This document shows, piece by piece, positions 55,001 through 62,628 of a stretch of DNA of 62,628 nucleotides. Below the pieces are notes generated by a model. That model was given only the letters and a program-made list of their open reading frames with translations. It ran no database searches and had not been told where the DNA came from. Made by a program: the position numbers and the translations under genes. Within the stretch, counting starts at the first letter, position 1. Every line of letters begins with the position of its first letter. Source of the DNA: Tubiluchus corallicola. Lineage: Eukaryota; Animalia; Priapulida. Location: NCBI GenBank assembly GCA_030141605.1, contig JAQGDQ010001102.1:1-62628 (forward strand). Reading direction: 5' to 3'.

Positions 55001-58000
55001 AATTGTACACAATTTATTGCGAACTCTTTGATTTAAGTGTAAGAATTGATTTTGTTAAATAGTATCAGTAATAATTTATATGCTTTGTTTTGCAAAAAGA
55101 GTTATGATGTAAAAAATTTGCCTATTTTTTTAGAGAAAGAGTAAAAAGATAAACCCAAAAGTTTCAATGCTATATATTTTGCTGATGTTTTAACAAGCAG
55201 TGCACAGCTAGTTTGTTTATTTATTATGTGATTTTTTTGATATCACTAGGAGTATACTGCAAATTTGAGGGAGCACGACTTTTGTGCCGATGGAAACAGG
55301 TTTAATAATTTTCAAGCCTTTGCTAAAGCAGTTATTCAGCTTTCTGGAAATCTTAACATTCTGACGAACAGTATCTTGGAAATAAGTAAAGGTGAATTTT
55401 TGTGTAATATAAATATACTGTTGCATGTACTGCCTAATGTACTATGCTAATAGGCAATTATAGTATATGATTGTTACTACAATAATTACAATGGTAATTA
55501 TAGTACACAGTGATAAAGATCTCCAATTAAAATAAGCCGAAATGACCTATTCGTAAAGGGCAGTATATCTGCGACATACTGACCAGAACTAATGACATGA
55601 AAATATTCCATTACAAAGGTTACTACGCATAGTAGATTCTAGCTTAATGATGCCTTGATTAGTTGGAATTCATTTTAATGTCTTCGCTACACATTTTCTC
55701 ACTGGACTAATGTTTCTCACTGATGACAAATTATTGGCCTTATTTATTGTGTACTTGTTTTCTGTGATTGCAAAGTGACTATGTTTTGCATGATTAGTAA
55801 TTGAGCAAATGATTTTGTTTCTAAACAGATCAACTATGTATATATTATCTTTATTCGTATTTTAGTTTGTAATTTGCATAGTAATTAAAATCGTGGAGCA
55901 CAATGATAAAGATCATCATTTAAAATTACCCAAAATTACTCACTCCCAAGGGGCAGTATATCTGCAATGTACTGACCAGATCTACTGGCATGGAAATACA
56001 AAGGTTACTACACACATATATGTACTACTTCAATATTAAAACATATACATACATTAACGTGCATATGTGTGTATATATGTATATATATATACATATTGGT
56101 GTCTAATATTAGTCCCTTTTATGATACCCATGTTGTGATTCGCAAAATCATAATCTAAAGATTCATGTGACTATATAAAAAAAATGAGTAGAACAACAGC
56201 CTTCTAACTGAGGTACTTAGTGTTAGTTAAATCCATAGTTACGAGAGCAGAAATTCTCAGAAGAAAATAGCTATGCATTTATTCAACAAATAGGTTTACC
56301 TTTAACTGGAGGAGGATACGCACTGGCAATTTAATTTATTTAATGCGATTTGTAGAAAAAATGCATTGCTCTCTATCTTCTGCCAATATTTGTTAGTGAG
56401 AAGAAGATTATGTAACATTGAAGTGATTTTAGCTGATAAATTCATAGTCACATAATATAGTATGTTATAAAAACTTTGTATATCATGATAAAGTGTTAAA
56501 TACCACATTTAGTTATTTTTTGGAAGGAGTTTACAATCCCCCGCACAATTTACGTACCTATCCCATATCCCTAACCCTAACCTGACCCTAATGTTAATCC
56601 ACTTCACAAACTATAGTATTTTTGATAATATTAACTAGCTCAATAATTCCAGAAAACATTGTAGTAGGTAATGAGCAATGTAGCTATAATAAGAGACTAA
56701 ATGATTTTGCATCTTAGCTCTTATATTACATAGGGGTGGGAAAAGATACGTAATGCAAATGCCAACTTTGACAGTGTAGCTGCTAGCTAGTCGATCCAAA
56801 ATTAACTCAGTCGTTCAGACAATTTGTTGTCATGATAGATTGTGAAAATAACATTTAAACATAATTTCAGGAGAGAAAAAAGATTTAAATGGTGTACGTC
56901 GTGTGGTGAGTGCTCTGCACAAAATCTTGGAGAAATTGTCATTTATAATAGGACTGACTGATGCTGATACAGAATCAAGCTCGGAGTCCCAGTGTGACAT
57001 GTACCAATTATCTAAAGACCAGCTAATGAAACAATATCACATAGTTTCTTCAATACAGCAAGGTAGGTAAATGAAAGTCACAAACTTTTTATTAATAATT
57101 AAATATATGCTATCAAACCTTGAATGATCAAATTTGACCAAAATTTGATTTCGCATTAATAGTAAAACTCTGCAGGTAGCTCATTTCTGTATATAAATGT
57201 GAAATAATGCTTATGCTCAATATGTCAATGCAAGAATAGAAAAATAAGTGGCTAGTAAAATTATTTAGGGCCTACTTAGAAAAGTGAAATTTCAAAATTG
57301 TCTCCATTAATTGTTGACTAGGCCAACATCTTGAAATATGCTTCTATGAAGTTCTGATGGCATTTTTTTCTTGGCAAAATACAAAATGGCCACCAAGTTT
57401 TTGTGCAAAACAATATACCCCCGTATATACTCGCATATAAGCCGAATTTAGAACTATAAAATACAATACTGAAATCAGGGGGTCGGCTTATATGCGCATG
57501 AAACAAAATGAACACAAGGACAGACACTAATGCCAATTTTTTTTGTGAATAAATAGAAAACAAAATATTTTCTTCTTTATTCATATCAAAATGTATAATT
57601 TCTTCTATTTCTTCTAGTATGTAACATAAAAGTAAGCATTTTACATCTTTATAGTAAAAAATTTCTATGAACCAAAAATACCCAATTAACAAAATGTGAC
57701 AAAAAGGGATCAATTTTGTTGATTGGGTATGGAGGAAAATTAGACAAGTTGATGGTCGGCTTATATACGGGTTTTTTGTAAAAACTGGCCATTTTAAAGC
57801 AGTTTTAGGGGGTCGGCTTATATGCGATGTAGGCTTATATGCGAGTATATACGGTAAATCAAAAGAAATTCCCAGGAAATTAACATTAAGAGGCGATTAT
57901 TACATCAATTCCAAGGTAGTTGGATCTAAGGTATCCATTTCTGTTAATTTTATTTGAAAAATGCCATTGTTTTGAAAGATGGCTGCAGCTGCTTGTGTAA

Positions 58001-59189
58001 TACGTTAGCTATATTGTATGTTCTAAGGCAAATAGGATGATGGTCTTCAGGCTCAGGCTTCATGGGTCAGGAAATTAGGGTAGTATCGATCATGGCCACC
58101 GTTTCAAATTATTTTTTTTTAGTTTATTTTTTCATTTAATTAACATGTACTCATTTTATCGGTTGAATTTAAACCTCACAATCTTTTATTTAGTGGATTA
58201 CTGTGTACATGCATGTAAAATTTGCATAATTTATAAGTTGTATTTCGTGTTTTTCTTTTTTTATGTTTATTTATACTATTTATTGTTTTAGGAACTCGAC
58301 CTGGATGTAAAAGAGCATATGGCTCATTCTAGCTATCGAATTTAAATAAAATTCTTGTCTTATAATCACTTCTTAATATTAATTGTCTTTGAATCTCTTT
58401 TGATTTGTGCAAAAACTTTTTCATTTTGGTTTTTGCTTTTTGCTTTTTTGACCCCTTTTCGACAATTTTTCAAGCTAGCAGCAGCTTTTTAACAATGTCA
58501 AATTGATAAGACTGGCTATGTTGCCCACTTTTAGAAAAAAATGCCCCCAGGGTCCCACTTCTGAAAATTGGTCCAGTCTATTGATTTTTGCACCATTTAT
58601 GACCAGTATCTTCCAATGTTAAATTCATATTGAAAGAAGCTTAATGTCAGTATTCGTTTAGTTGAAAATGCAGAAACGTCTGTGTCTCATGAGGAAAAGT
58701 CACCATTTGTAAAAAATTCAATTTAGTACATTGTATATTGCCTTGTATTCTGTAAGGTATGAATAGATGAGGCTTTTTATTTTTTTTATCTAAAACAGAA
58801 ATGGTTATTGAAGAAACCTCATTCTTTGTCAATTGAAAGAAAAAGTATAGAGATATTAAAAACTCTATTAGAGTTATTAGACTTTGTTTTACACAGCTCT
58901 ATAAACATTATAATGTTTTTTAGCTACAGCACAGATGAGTACTCTGATCACTCGACAGATTGAGTATTCCCACCTGAATTTAGCTTTCAGGTCTCCAGTT
59001 AAGCCACATTGTATGCAAATACCGGAGTCGTCAGAATCGTCACAGTTTATTAGTTTGATTAGACCAAGTAGACAAATCCAGCGTGGTGGACGAAAGCGAC
59101 TGTCGTTGGTACAAATGGTACTAGAAAAAACCAGTGCTGGTATAACCAGTGAAATATCTAAACAGAAATCCTGCAGCTTCAAAAAATAA
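10195..59189 (+). CDS. KIF14: Kinesin-3 family motor, KIF14 orthologue (32 coding exons, ~1674 aa: disordered N-terminus, motor, coiled coil, FHA, helical tail)
   Basis: Hand-spliced GT-AG exons with consistent phases total 5025 nt. KIF14-typical strings: [59 protein letters not shown]. Long N-terminal extension before the motor. Confidence 0.9.
11516..11590 (+). CDS. KIF14: KIF14 exon 2 (75 nt, could be skipped in frame)
   Basis: tatag|[25 protein letters not shown]|gtaaat; phase 0-0. Confidence 0.5.
11710..12324 (+). CDS. KIF14: KIF14 exon 3 (Ser/Pro/Lys-rich, many S/T-P-x-K/R CDK-type sites)
   Basis: tttgtag acceptor, gtaagt donor, 205 open codons. Confidence 0.8.
13081..13260. repeat. 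63-bp minisatellite, ~2.8 copies
   Basis: Units start at 13081, 13144, 13207 (cctatattaa(c/t)ttgcctggcagatgg...). Confidence 0.9.
13495..13740 (+). repeat. Dispersed repeat, diverged copy 1 (copy 2 at ~19563-19820)
   Basis: Shared blocks tgcacattttggta, ctatgcagtcat, gtagtcaaa..ggtgagat..ttcttaaa. Confidence 0.65.
15415..15494 (+). CDS. KIF14: KIF14 exon 4 (motor start)
   Basis: [14 protein letters not shown]; ttttag / gtatgt. Confidence 0.88.
15830..16084 (+). CDS. KIF14: KIF14 exon 5 (P-loop)
   Basis: FRYDHCFWS...[19 protein letters not shown]. Confidence 0.93.
17003..17174 (+). CDS. KIF14: KIF14 exon 6
   Basis: GIIPR...[14 protein letters not shown]. Confidence 0.93.
17972..18055 (+). 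CDS. KIF14: KIF14 exon 7
   Basis: [16 protein letters not shown]. Confidence 0.92.
19133..19240 (+). CDS. KIF14: KIF14 exon 8 (switch I)
   Basis: [12 protein letters not shown]. Confidence 0.93.
19563..19820 (+). repeat. Dispersed repeat, diverged copy 2
   Basis: Same blocks in the same order as 13495-13740. Confidence 0.65.
20801..20917 (+). CDS. KIF14: KIF14 exon 9 (switch II)
   Basis: [13 protein letters not shown]. Confidence 0.93.
21282..21397 (+). CDS. KIF14: KIF14 exon 10
   Basis: EGVNINKSL...[11 protein letters not shown]. Confidence 0.93.
22204..22376 (+). CDS. KIF14: KIF14 exon 11 (motor end / neck)
   Basis: [21 protein letters not shown]...STLRYA...VNEDP; phase-1 donor gtaagg. 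Confidence 0.93.
22740..23720 (-). mobile_element. Probable highly decayed LINE remnant
   Basis: Broken minus-strand frames with FIDL and LGSII-like traces; no intact motif. Confidence 0.35.
24560..25080 (-). mobile_element. Decayed CR1-type RT fragment
   Basis: [25 protein letters not shown] and IFADDTKI on - strand. Confidence 0.75.
26030..26460 (-). mobile_element. Decayed CR1/L2 3' fragment with an internal 86-bp tandem duplication (26245-26412)
   Basis: [13 protein letters not shown] and GPKLWNSL on - strand; duplicated unit starts at 26245 and 26331. Confidence 0.7.
26460..27660 (+). mobile_element. Decayed 5'-truncated CR1-type LINE
   Basis: GVLQGTIL...FVNDIP, KDL.VII, VERYFTR remnants in broken frames. 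Confidence 0.65.
27977..28011. repeat. (TA)n microsatellite
   Basis: ~17 TA units. Confidence 0.95.
29400..31268 (+). CDS. TTLL12: Tubulin tyrosine ligase-like protein 12 (SET-like + TTL-like domains), single coding exon, 622 aa, nested in KIF14 intron 11
   Basis: [83 protein letters not shown]. First ATG at 29400 (the track start 29376 is GTG). AATAAA at 31552 and 31621. Confidence 0.95.
   Translation: MSAFIKEEIADDFNNFLLLHRPQLELSGVPKHYWASLLHKLENDVFDAGNAFSMMQLEDANGIFMGWKTVVSGDNVVNVEDPLQIYLVDHAWTYTVDYAKKQLITCSTLLRRMALLMNVNADNVDTKELVETVLSEMWKFNQTYHLGNLEAHAEMRLPVWYVMDEFGSRIQHSDLPNAKMVPFYYMPQQSGFTLLWPIKNISPGEEVTRDYVQNCFEPPLRKARLLPWCKTDLTSVSAKQKEPEESYYMISRQNETLPDTSCLKLRSLEMNKELYKIYTDYEVLHKFLNHPQFSFVEHLEEADVLWIRSHFTEYKTFSQASPAKFVNQFPYESILTVKDLLACVCRRAVKTEDCFDEDTLECIPAWLPVTYNISTELLQFISYYQQRQRRGLDNTWICKPWNLARGLGIVISNNVNCIVRLPEGGPMIACKYIEDPVLFKRDDVGKVKFDIRFVVLLVSVRPLVVYLYKNFWLRFANKEFSLNDLDDYEKHFTVMNYKKTVDLKQMYCDDFIVEFEKQNPSQKWREIMGEICSVIKSMFECATVVPPPRGIAHSPQSRAIYGIDMMLAWKTKNNVRCIQPMLCEVNYMPDCERACLYYPQFFNDVFKVLFLNERNTESVIEL
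32547..32749 (+). CDS. KIF14: KIF14 exon 12 (coiled coil)
   Basis: LQKEIEVLR...RTWQEKL; phase matches exon 11. Confidence 0.9.
33246..33430 (+). CDS. KIF14: KIF14 exon 13 (FHA, first part)
   Basis: [10 protein letters not shown]...GETTVGR...IADNHC. Confidence 0.92.
34340..35790 (+). mobile_element. Decayed, internally deleted CR1-type LINE
   Basis: [65 protein letters not shown]. Confidence 0.85.
36028..36176. repeat. GT-rich imperfect (GTGTG)n simple repeat
   Basis: Visible pentamer-like periodicity. Confidence 0.7.
36301..36537 (+). CDS. KIF14: KIF14 exon 14 (FHA, second part)
   Basis: YINGA...[15 protein letters not shown]...[13 protein letters not shown]. Confidence 0.92.
37173..37320 (+). 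CDS. KIF14: KIF14 exon 15 (coiled coil)
   Basis: [20 protein letters not shown]; phases 2/0. Confidence 0.85.
37741..37818 (+). CDS. KIF14: KIF14 exon 16
   Basis: [10 protein letters not shown]...MEKQ|gtaaag. Confidence 0.78.
38973..39032 (+). CDS. KIF14: KIF14 exon 17
   Basis: tttttag|[20 protein letters not shown]|gtttg. Confidence 0.7.
39873..40061 (+). CDS. KIF14: KIF14 exon 18
   Basis: tttcag|...[17 protein letters not shown]|gtaagt. Confidence 0.82.
40299..40427 (+). CDS. KIF14: KIF14 exon 19
   Basis: [24 protein letters not shown]. Confidence 0.85.
41500..41680 (+). mobile_element. Penelope-like pseudo-LTR remnant containing a degenerate hammerhead ribozyme core
   Basis: TATATAAA (~41547), ttgatga-t-gacaga/agtag/tctgtc-aaacgtt (41585-41616), AATAAA (~41650). 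Confidence 0.55.
42834..42928 (+). CDS. KIF14: KIF14 exon 20
   Basis: [18 protein letters not shown]; tttttag / gtaagc. Confidence 0.8.
43640..46320 (+). mobile_element. Decayed CR1/L2-group LINE (APE through 3' end)
   Basis: [58 protein letters not shown]; (AATA)n tail ending at ~46320. Confidence 0.88.
47445..47539 (+). CDS. KIF14: KIF14 exon 21
   Basis: Ser-rich open frame; phases 2/1 fit neighbours. Confidence 0.72.
48111..48257 (+). CDS. KIF14: KIF14 exon 22
   Basis: gtgcag acceptor; [13 protein letters not shown]; phases 1/1. Confidence 0.72.
48489..48605 (+). CDS. KIF14: KIF14 exon 23
   Basis: ttttcag|..EDTLADK..|gtaagt; phases 1/1. Confidence 0.75.
49948..50117 (+). CDS. KIF14: KIF14 exon 24
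   Basis: ctatag / gtgaga; phases 1/0. Confidence 0.72.
50300..50476 (-). mobile_element. Possible tRNA-derived SINE head
   Basis: Minus strand tagTGGCTCAGTGGTTAGAacatctg = Pol III A-box-like; B-box degenerate; no full cloverleaf. Confidence 0.4.
50780..50920 (+). CDS. KIF14: KIF14 exon 25
   Basis: ttttacag acceptor; 47 open codons. Confidence 0.7.
51479..51895. mobile_element. Possible TTAA-flanked (Kolobok/T2-like) MITE
   Basis: ttaa-aggaaaaaccaaccc ... ggatagtttacttttc-ttaa; imperfect inverted ends. Confidence 0.3.
52436..52629. repeat. Tandem duplication, period 110 bp
   Basis: agcatttgtaatacatgcttc...gattgtcaatgagccagtggt...gacagtaaat at 52436 and 52546. Confidence 0.9.
52985..53119 (+). 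CDS. KIF14: KIF14 exon 26
   Basis: acttcag|[13 protein letters not shown]...MQ|gtagaa. Confidence 0.7.
53207..53382. mobile_element. pogo/Tigger-like MITE remnant
   Basis: TA-cagtgaagtctcgttataacg ... tttgactg-TA; internal tcgcttaaca repeats. Confidence 0.55.
53911..53991 (+). CDS. KIF14: KIF14 exon 27 (boundaries uncertain)
   Basis: 27 open codons, weak splice sites. Confidence 0.45.
54173..54211 (+). CDS. KIF14: KIF14 exon 28 (39-nt micro-exon, uncertain)
   Basis: Strong acceptor tttctcctacag, weak donor gtatta. Confidence 0.45.
54310..54393 (+). CDS. KIF14: KIF14 exon 29
   Basis: ttttcag|AYLESANEL...HQ|gtatat. Confidence 0.68.
55250..55391 (+). CDS. KIF14: KIF14 exon 30
   Basis: cactag / gtgaat; phases 0/1. 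Confidence 0.68.
55490..56011. repeat. Diverged direct repeat pair (~55490-55627 and ~55880-56011)
   Basis: tgataaagatc...gggcagtatatctgc...tactgaccaga...tacaaaggttactac occurs twice. Confidence 0.8.
56871..57062 (+). CDS. KIF14: KIF14 exon 31
   Basis: tttcag / gtaggt; phases 1/1, open frame. Confidence 0.72.
57421..57854. mobile_element. MITE (Tc1/mariner-pogo superfamily type) with perfect 23-bp TIRs
   Basis: ccgtatatactcgcatataagcc / ggcttatatgcgagtatatacgg; TA on the right flank; internal tcggcttatat repeats. Confidence 0.9.
58924..59189 (+). CDS. KIF14: KIF14 terminal exon 32
   Basis: ttttttag acceptor, phase 1, TAA at 59187-59189; AATAAA at ~59807 and ~59848. Confidence 0.72.
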
Positions 59190-60536
59190 ATAATATGAAA
59201 TAATTTATGTGCTTCATAGATCATAAGTGTTAATCTACTGCTTAAAGTAATAATTGTAAAATAGGTAAGTGTTTTTATCATGTTCCTGCATGTGTCTAGT
59301 TGTAAACATTTTTTAAGCTAGTGGACGAGTTCTGGGCTTGTTTACTGGCCTAGCTCTGGACAATTGTTAACATTTTTCACAACTCTTACATGCACATTTG
59401 TAAATTAGACTAGTGTCATTTATTCATTTTTTTCACAATAGCTGTGTGGTTACTGCAAACTGTATTATAAATTATGTAATTTACTAATTTATTGTCAGTT
59501 AGAGTAAATTATCAAGTTGGTGTTGTGCAGAAGGTGATATGTTCAACAGCGGACAGTGGCAATGAATATTATAGTAAACTAAGGAAGCATAGACTAAAAT
59601 GGAAAACAAGTAAACAAATGTGATTTTTTGTTCTGGAGAATTCATTTTATTTCTGCGTTCATAAATTTTGTTTGTGAATTTTGTAGCAGATCTGCAGAGG
59701 TACACTGAGCGATTGAAACGGCTGTAAAATTTAGTTATACTGTAATATAAATGAAAGAGATTGGTGTGACAACTCCATAAGTGCATTTATAAGAACCAAT
59801 AATAATAATAAAGTAGTTTTCTATAATACTAATAATAATAATAAGGATAATAAAGTAGTTTTTTATAAAATGATCAACCATGCTAAAACTGTTTCATTTA
59901 CACTTGTATAACAGCAGAATGTCATAATGTAATGGCTGCCTCTGTTGATGGGCCACACATTTTTACAATTCTCTGTTCCTTCTTCATTACCGCAAGTAAT
60001 AATTATTATTAAGGTGTTTCTAATTATGTGCAAAATATAGGCTAACAAATATTTATATATACAAATACGTTCTGAAGGCATATTAGTGATTTCTTATAAG
60101 AGTACCAGTAGTTATAGATGCCATTTGATTTTTCCTCAAGTGTTCGCTGTCTTTTGATATTTAATCATGCCTGGTGGTTTGACTAAACTGACAGTGAATG
60201 TAGTTTTTAATGATGTCCAGAAATTCTGAAACGGGATCCCTGGAATGATAAAAATTCAATCAGTGCAGTAGTTTTGCTAACACATTTTGATGTACTATAT
60301 TATATTATATGGTATTTAATAAGAGATGCATTTTGCCAGTGACGTTAGACCAGTTGGTGTGAACATATTAAATTACTAAAACTTTTCTAATTGCGTAAGT
60401 GTTTCAAATAGTTAGTCGTTAATGCTAAGTAATATAACTTTGAATGGAAAGTGCTTTGAGATATACTTTGAAAATTTCTTTCTCCCACTTTAATATCTTC
60501 ATCCATACAGTACAATTCACTAACAGGACTACTGAC

Positions 60537-60750
60537 TTACGCTAGCAGCTTGGTATCATCCATGGTTTCTAAGAGAGGAATAGTTAATGTTTCTGGTAGT
60601 AAGAGGCACATCAGTCCTGCCAATATTGCTAGAATGCCAAATGTAATAAATATTGCTTCCGGTGCTATGAGAGACAAAGTATTGGCTGCAAATGGTGCTA
60701 TAACTGCTCCCAATCTTGCAGACGTCAATGACAATCCGACGCCTGCATTC
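60537..60750 (-). CDS. SLC22 / organic cation transporter-like MFS protein, last exon (TM11-12)
   Basis: cacacag acceptor; RNAGVGLSLTSARLGAVIAPF...LLLPET. Confidence 0.88.
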
Positions 60751-61146
60751 CTGTGTGACAAGAAGGGTTTAGTTTTAGACTTAACTGCGAAAGATGATGG
60801 CCATTATGCAACTGTCAGTAATCAAGGACGAAATGATAGAATAGCTGAAAAAGTTAAATGTATCAAAATGAGAAAGGCTAGATGGCATGCACCCATGGTT
60901 GTTATGAAACTAGAAGTCGGAATTAAAAAGCCCCAAACCACGATTTTTAACTAATCGCTTGTTGCAGGAGTTTTACCGCAAAAATGGAAAGAGGACAGAA
61001 TATCTGTGATATTTAAAAATGGTAATAGAATAGGCATTAAGTATTCATATTTAGTTTGTAGTTTTGTAGAACACAAGAGTTCATTGAACTTTTTTGTCAC
61101 TACCTTTTTATAAACTGGTAAAATTTGTTGCTGTATCAAAGCTTAC

Positions 61147-61267
61147 CTGACTATAGTAGGATATATTTCATTTATTAACAGAAGCGCTGATGCGAACGAA
61201 GCAGTAATTCCGAACTTTCCAGTAACATTCAAGATAGTTTGAACCCACATTGTCTCTTCTTCGCTTG
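61147..61267 (-). CDS. SLC22-like transporter, penultimate exon (TM10); rest of the gene lies beyond the window
   Basis: WVQTILNVTGKFGITASFASALLLINEIYPTIVR; gtaagc donor, phase 2 matches the last exon. Confidence 0.88.
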
Positions 61268-61472
61268 CTTTTCGATATTTGAAAAGAAAAAAAGTGCAGC
61301 TACAGCTACTACAATTAGAATGAATATAACTGTAATCAAGTTGGAAAGTTCAAAGATAAAATCATGAAAAGTAAACTTATTTTATGTATGTATATTTTCA
61401 GATTAAGTGTAACATAATTTAAACATATGAATTTTTTGCTGCATGGGATTTCGAGAAAAAAATTGGAAATTT

Positions 61473-62628
61473 TCAAAAAAGTTTCAGATGTTCTGACAAA
61501 AATTCCGTGCATCACTTTTCCTTGCGTTCTCACTGTGAAATGGGCCTTAAGTAAAGAGAATGCACATCAATTTGATGATTAAGGATTAAATTATTGCCTC
61601 AGCCAGGGAGCCAAGTTATTTAGAACATATCACGCTATGATCAGCTGATGTCTGACCTACTTAAGAGGACACGTCACAATTATAGATCGTAGCTCCTATG
61701 CACGGAGATCCAGTGCGCATTAAGAGATTAAACAAAAGGAGTTGGATCCGGCAATGTGCAATTTGTGAAAAAAAGACTCGTCGGTTTGGCATGTCCTCTC
61801 AGCTGTTCACAACGCAGTACGTCACGAGCCAATACACCGACAGCGGCATTAAAAACAATAAACAGCAGCTATAAACTCTTACTAACTCACTTTCTTTTAC
61901 TCCTTAGTCTTCAAGGAACTTATAAGCAGCAGCAGTGTGGAAATTCAAGTGTCGAGAAAATGACAATCAACAATGTAGACTTACTTAAATTCATTATATA
62001 TTTATGTGTGTCTACTATTTATATCATAATCAACATTTTTTACCTTACCATCAACTGCTGCAGCCGCTAAACCTTAGTTTTACAAAAGGCGAGTACACAC
62101 TATCTGGGTTAGTTTTACAAAAGGCGAGGATACACTATCTGGGTCAGTTTTACAAAAGGCGAGGATACACTATCTGGGTCAGTTTTACAAAAGGCGAGGA
62201 TACACTATCTGGGTTAGTTAGAGTTTATAGCTGCTGTTTATTGTTTTTAATGCTGTTGCCGGTATTGCTCGTGACGTACTGCTGGGTGTTGTGAATAGCT
62301 GAGAGGACATGCCAAACCAACGAGTCTTTTTTCACAAATTGCACATTGCCGGATCCAACTCCTTTTTGTTTAATCTCTTAATGCGCACTGGATCTCTCTG
62401 CATAGGAGCTACGATCTATAATTGTGACGTGTCCTCTTAAGTAGGTCAGACATCAGCTGATCATAGCGTGATATGTTCTAAATAACTTGGCTCCCTGGCT
62501 GAGGCAATAATTTAATCCTTAATCATCAAATTGATGTGCATTCTCTTTACTTAAGGCCCATTTCACAGTGAGAACGCAAGGAAAAGTGATGCACGGACTT
62601 TTTGTCAGAACATCTGAAACTTTTTTGA
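61473..62628. mobile_element. Long foldback / palindromic non-autonomous element in an SLC22 intron (runs off the window end)
   Basis: 61473-~61887 is the near-perfect reverse complement of ~62213-62628. Confidence 0.9.
62076..62219. repeat. 35-bp minisatellite x4 in the loop of the foldback
   Basis: agttttacaaaaggcgaggatacactatctgggt(t/c) at 62076, 62111, 62146, 62181. Confidence 0.93.

Noticed and set aside
56569-56591. Interstitial telomere (CCCTAA)n
   Set aside because: Only ~3 imperfect units; more likely a transposon-internal microsatellite.
58889-59281. 130-aa - strand ORF
   Set aside because: Antisense of the KIF14 terminal exon; no ATG context or motif support.
60550-60954. 134-aa + strand ORF
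   Set aside because: Antisense of the SLC22 last exon extending into its intron.
62076-62219. 35-bp repeats as a CRISPR array
   Set aside because: Units are contiguous with no unique spacers, no cas genes, eukaryotic context.

Overview
AT-rich animal (invertebrate-like) genomic DNA with spliceosomal introns; no prokaryotic features. It is dominated by one 32-exon KIF14-type kinesin-3 gene on + (CDS ~10195-59189, ~1674 aa by my hand-spliced model). An intact, intronless TTLL12 gene (29400-31268) is nested on the SAME strand in the kinesin's largest intron. The last two exons of a convergent SLC22-like transporter lie on - (60537-61267). The window opens with two head-to-head, ~98% identical copies of a CR1/L2-group LINE. 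Its ORF2 begins with a ~239-aa signal-peptide/multi-transmembrane-like region, then a 2A-like ribosome-skip motif (LLLILGGIETNPG/P), then APE endonuclease and RT. Introns hold many decayed LINEs, MITEs, a Penelope-type hammerhead ribozyme relic and minisatellites. The window ends inside a >1.1-kb foldback element. All family calls come from motif recognition by eye; no searches were run.
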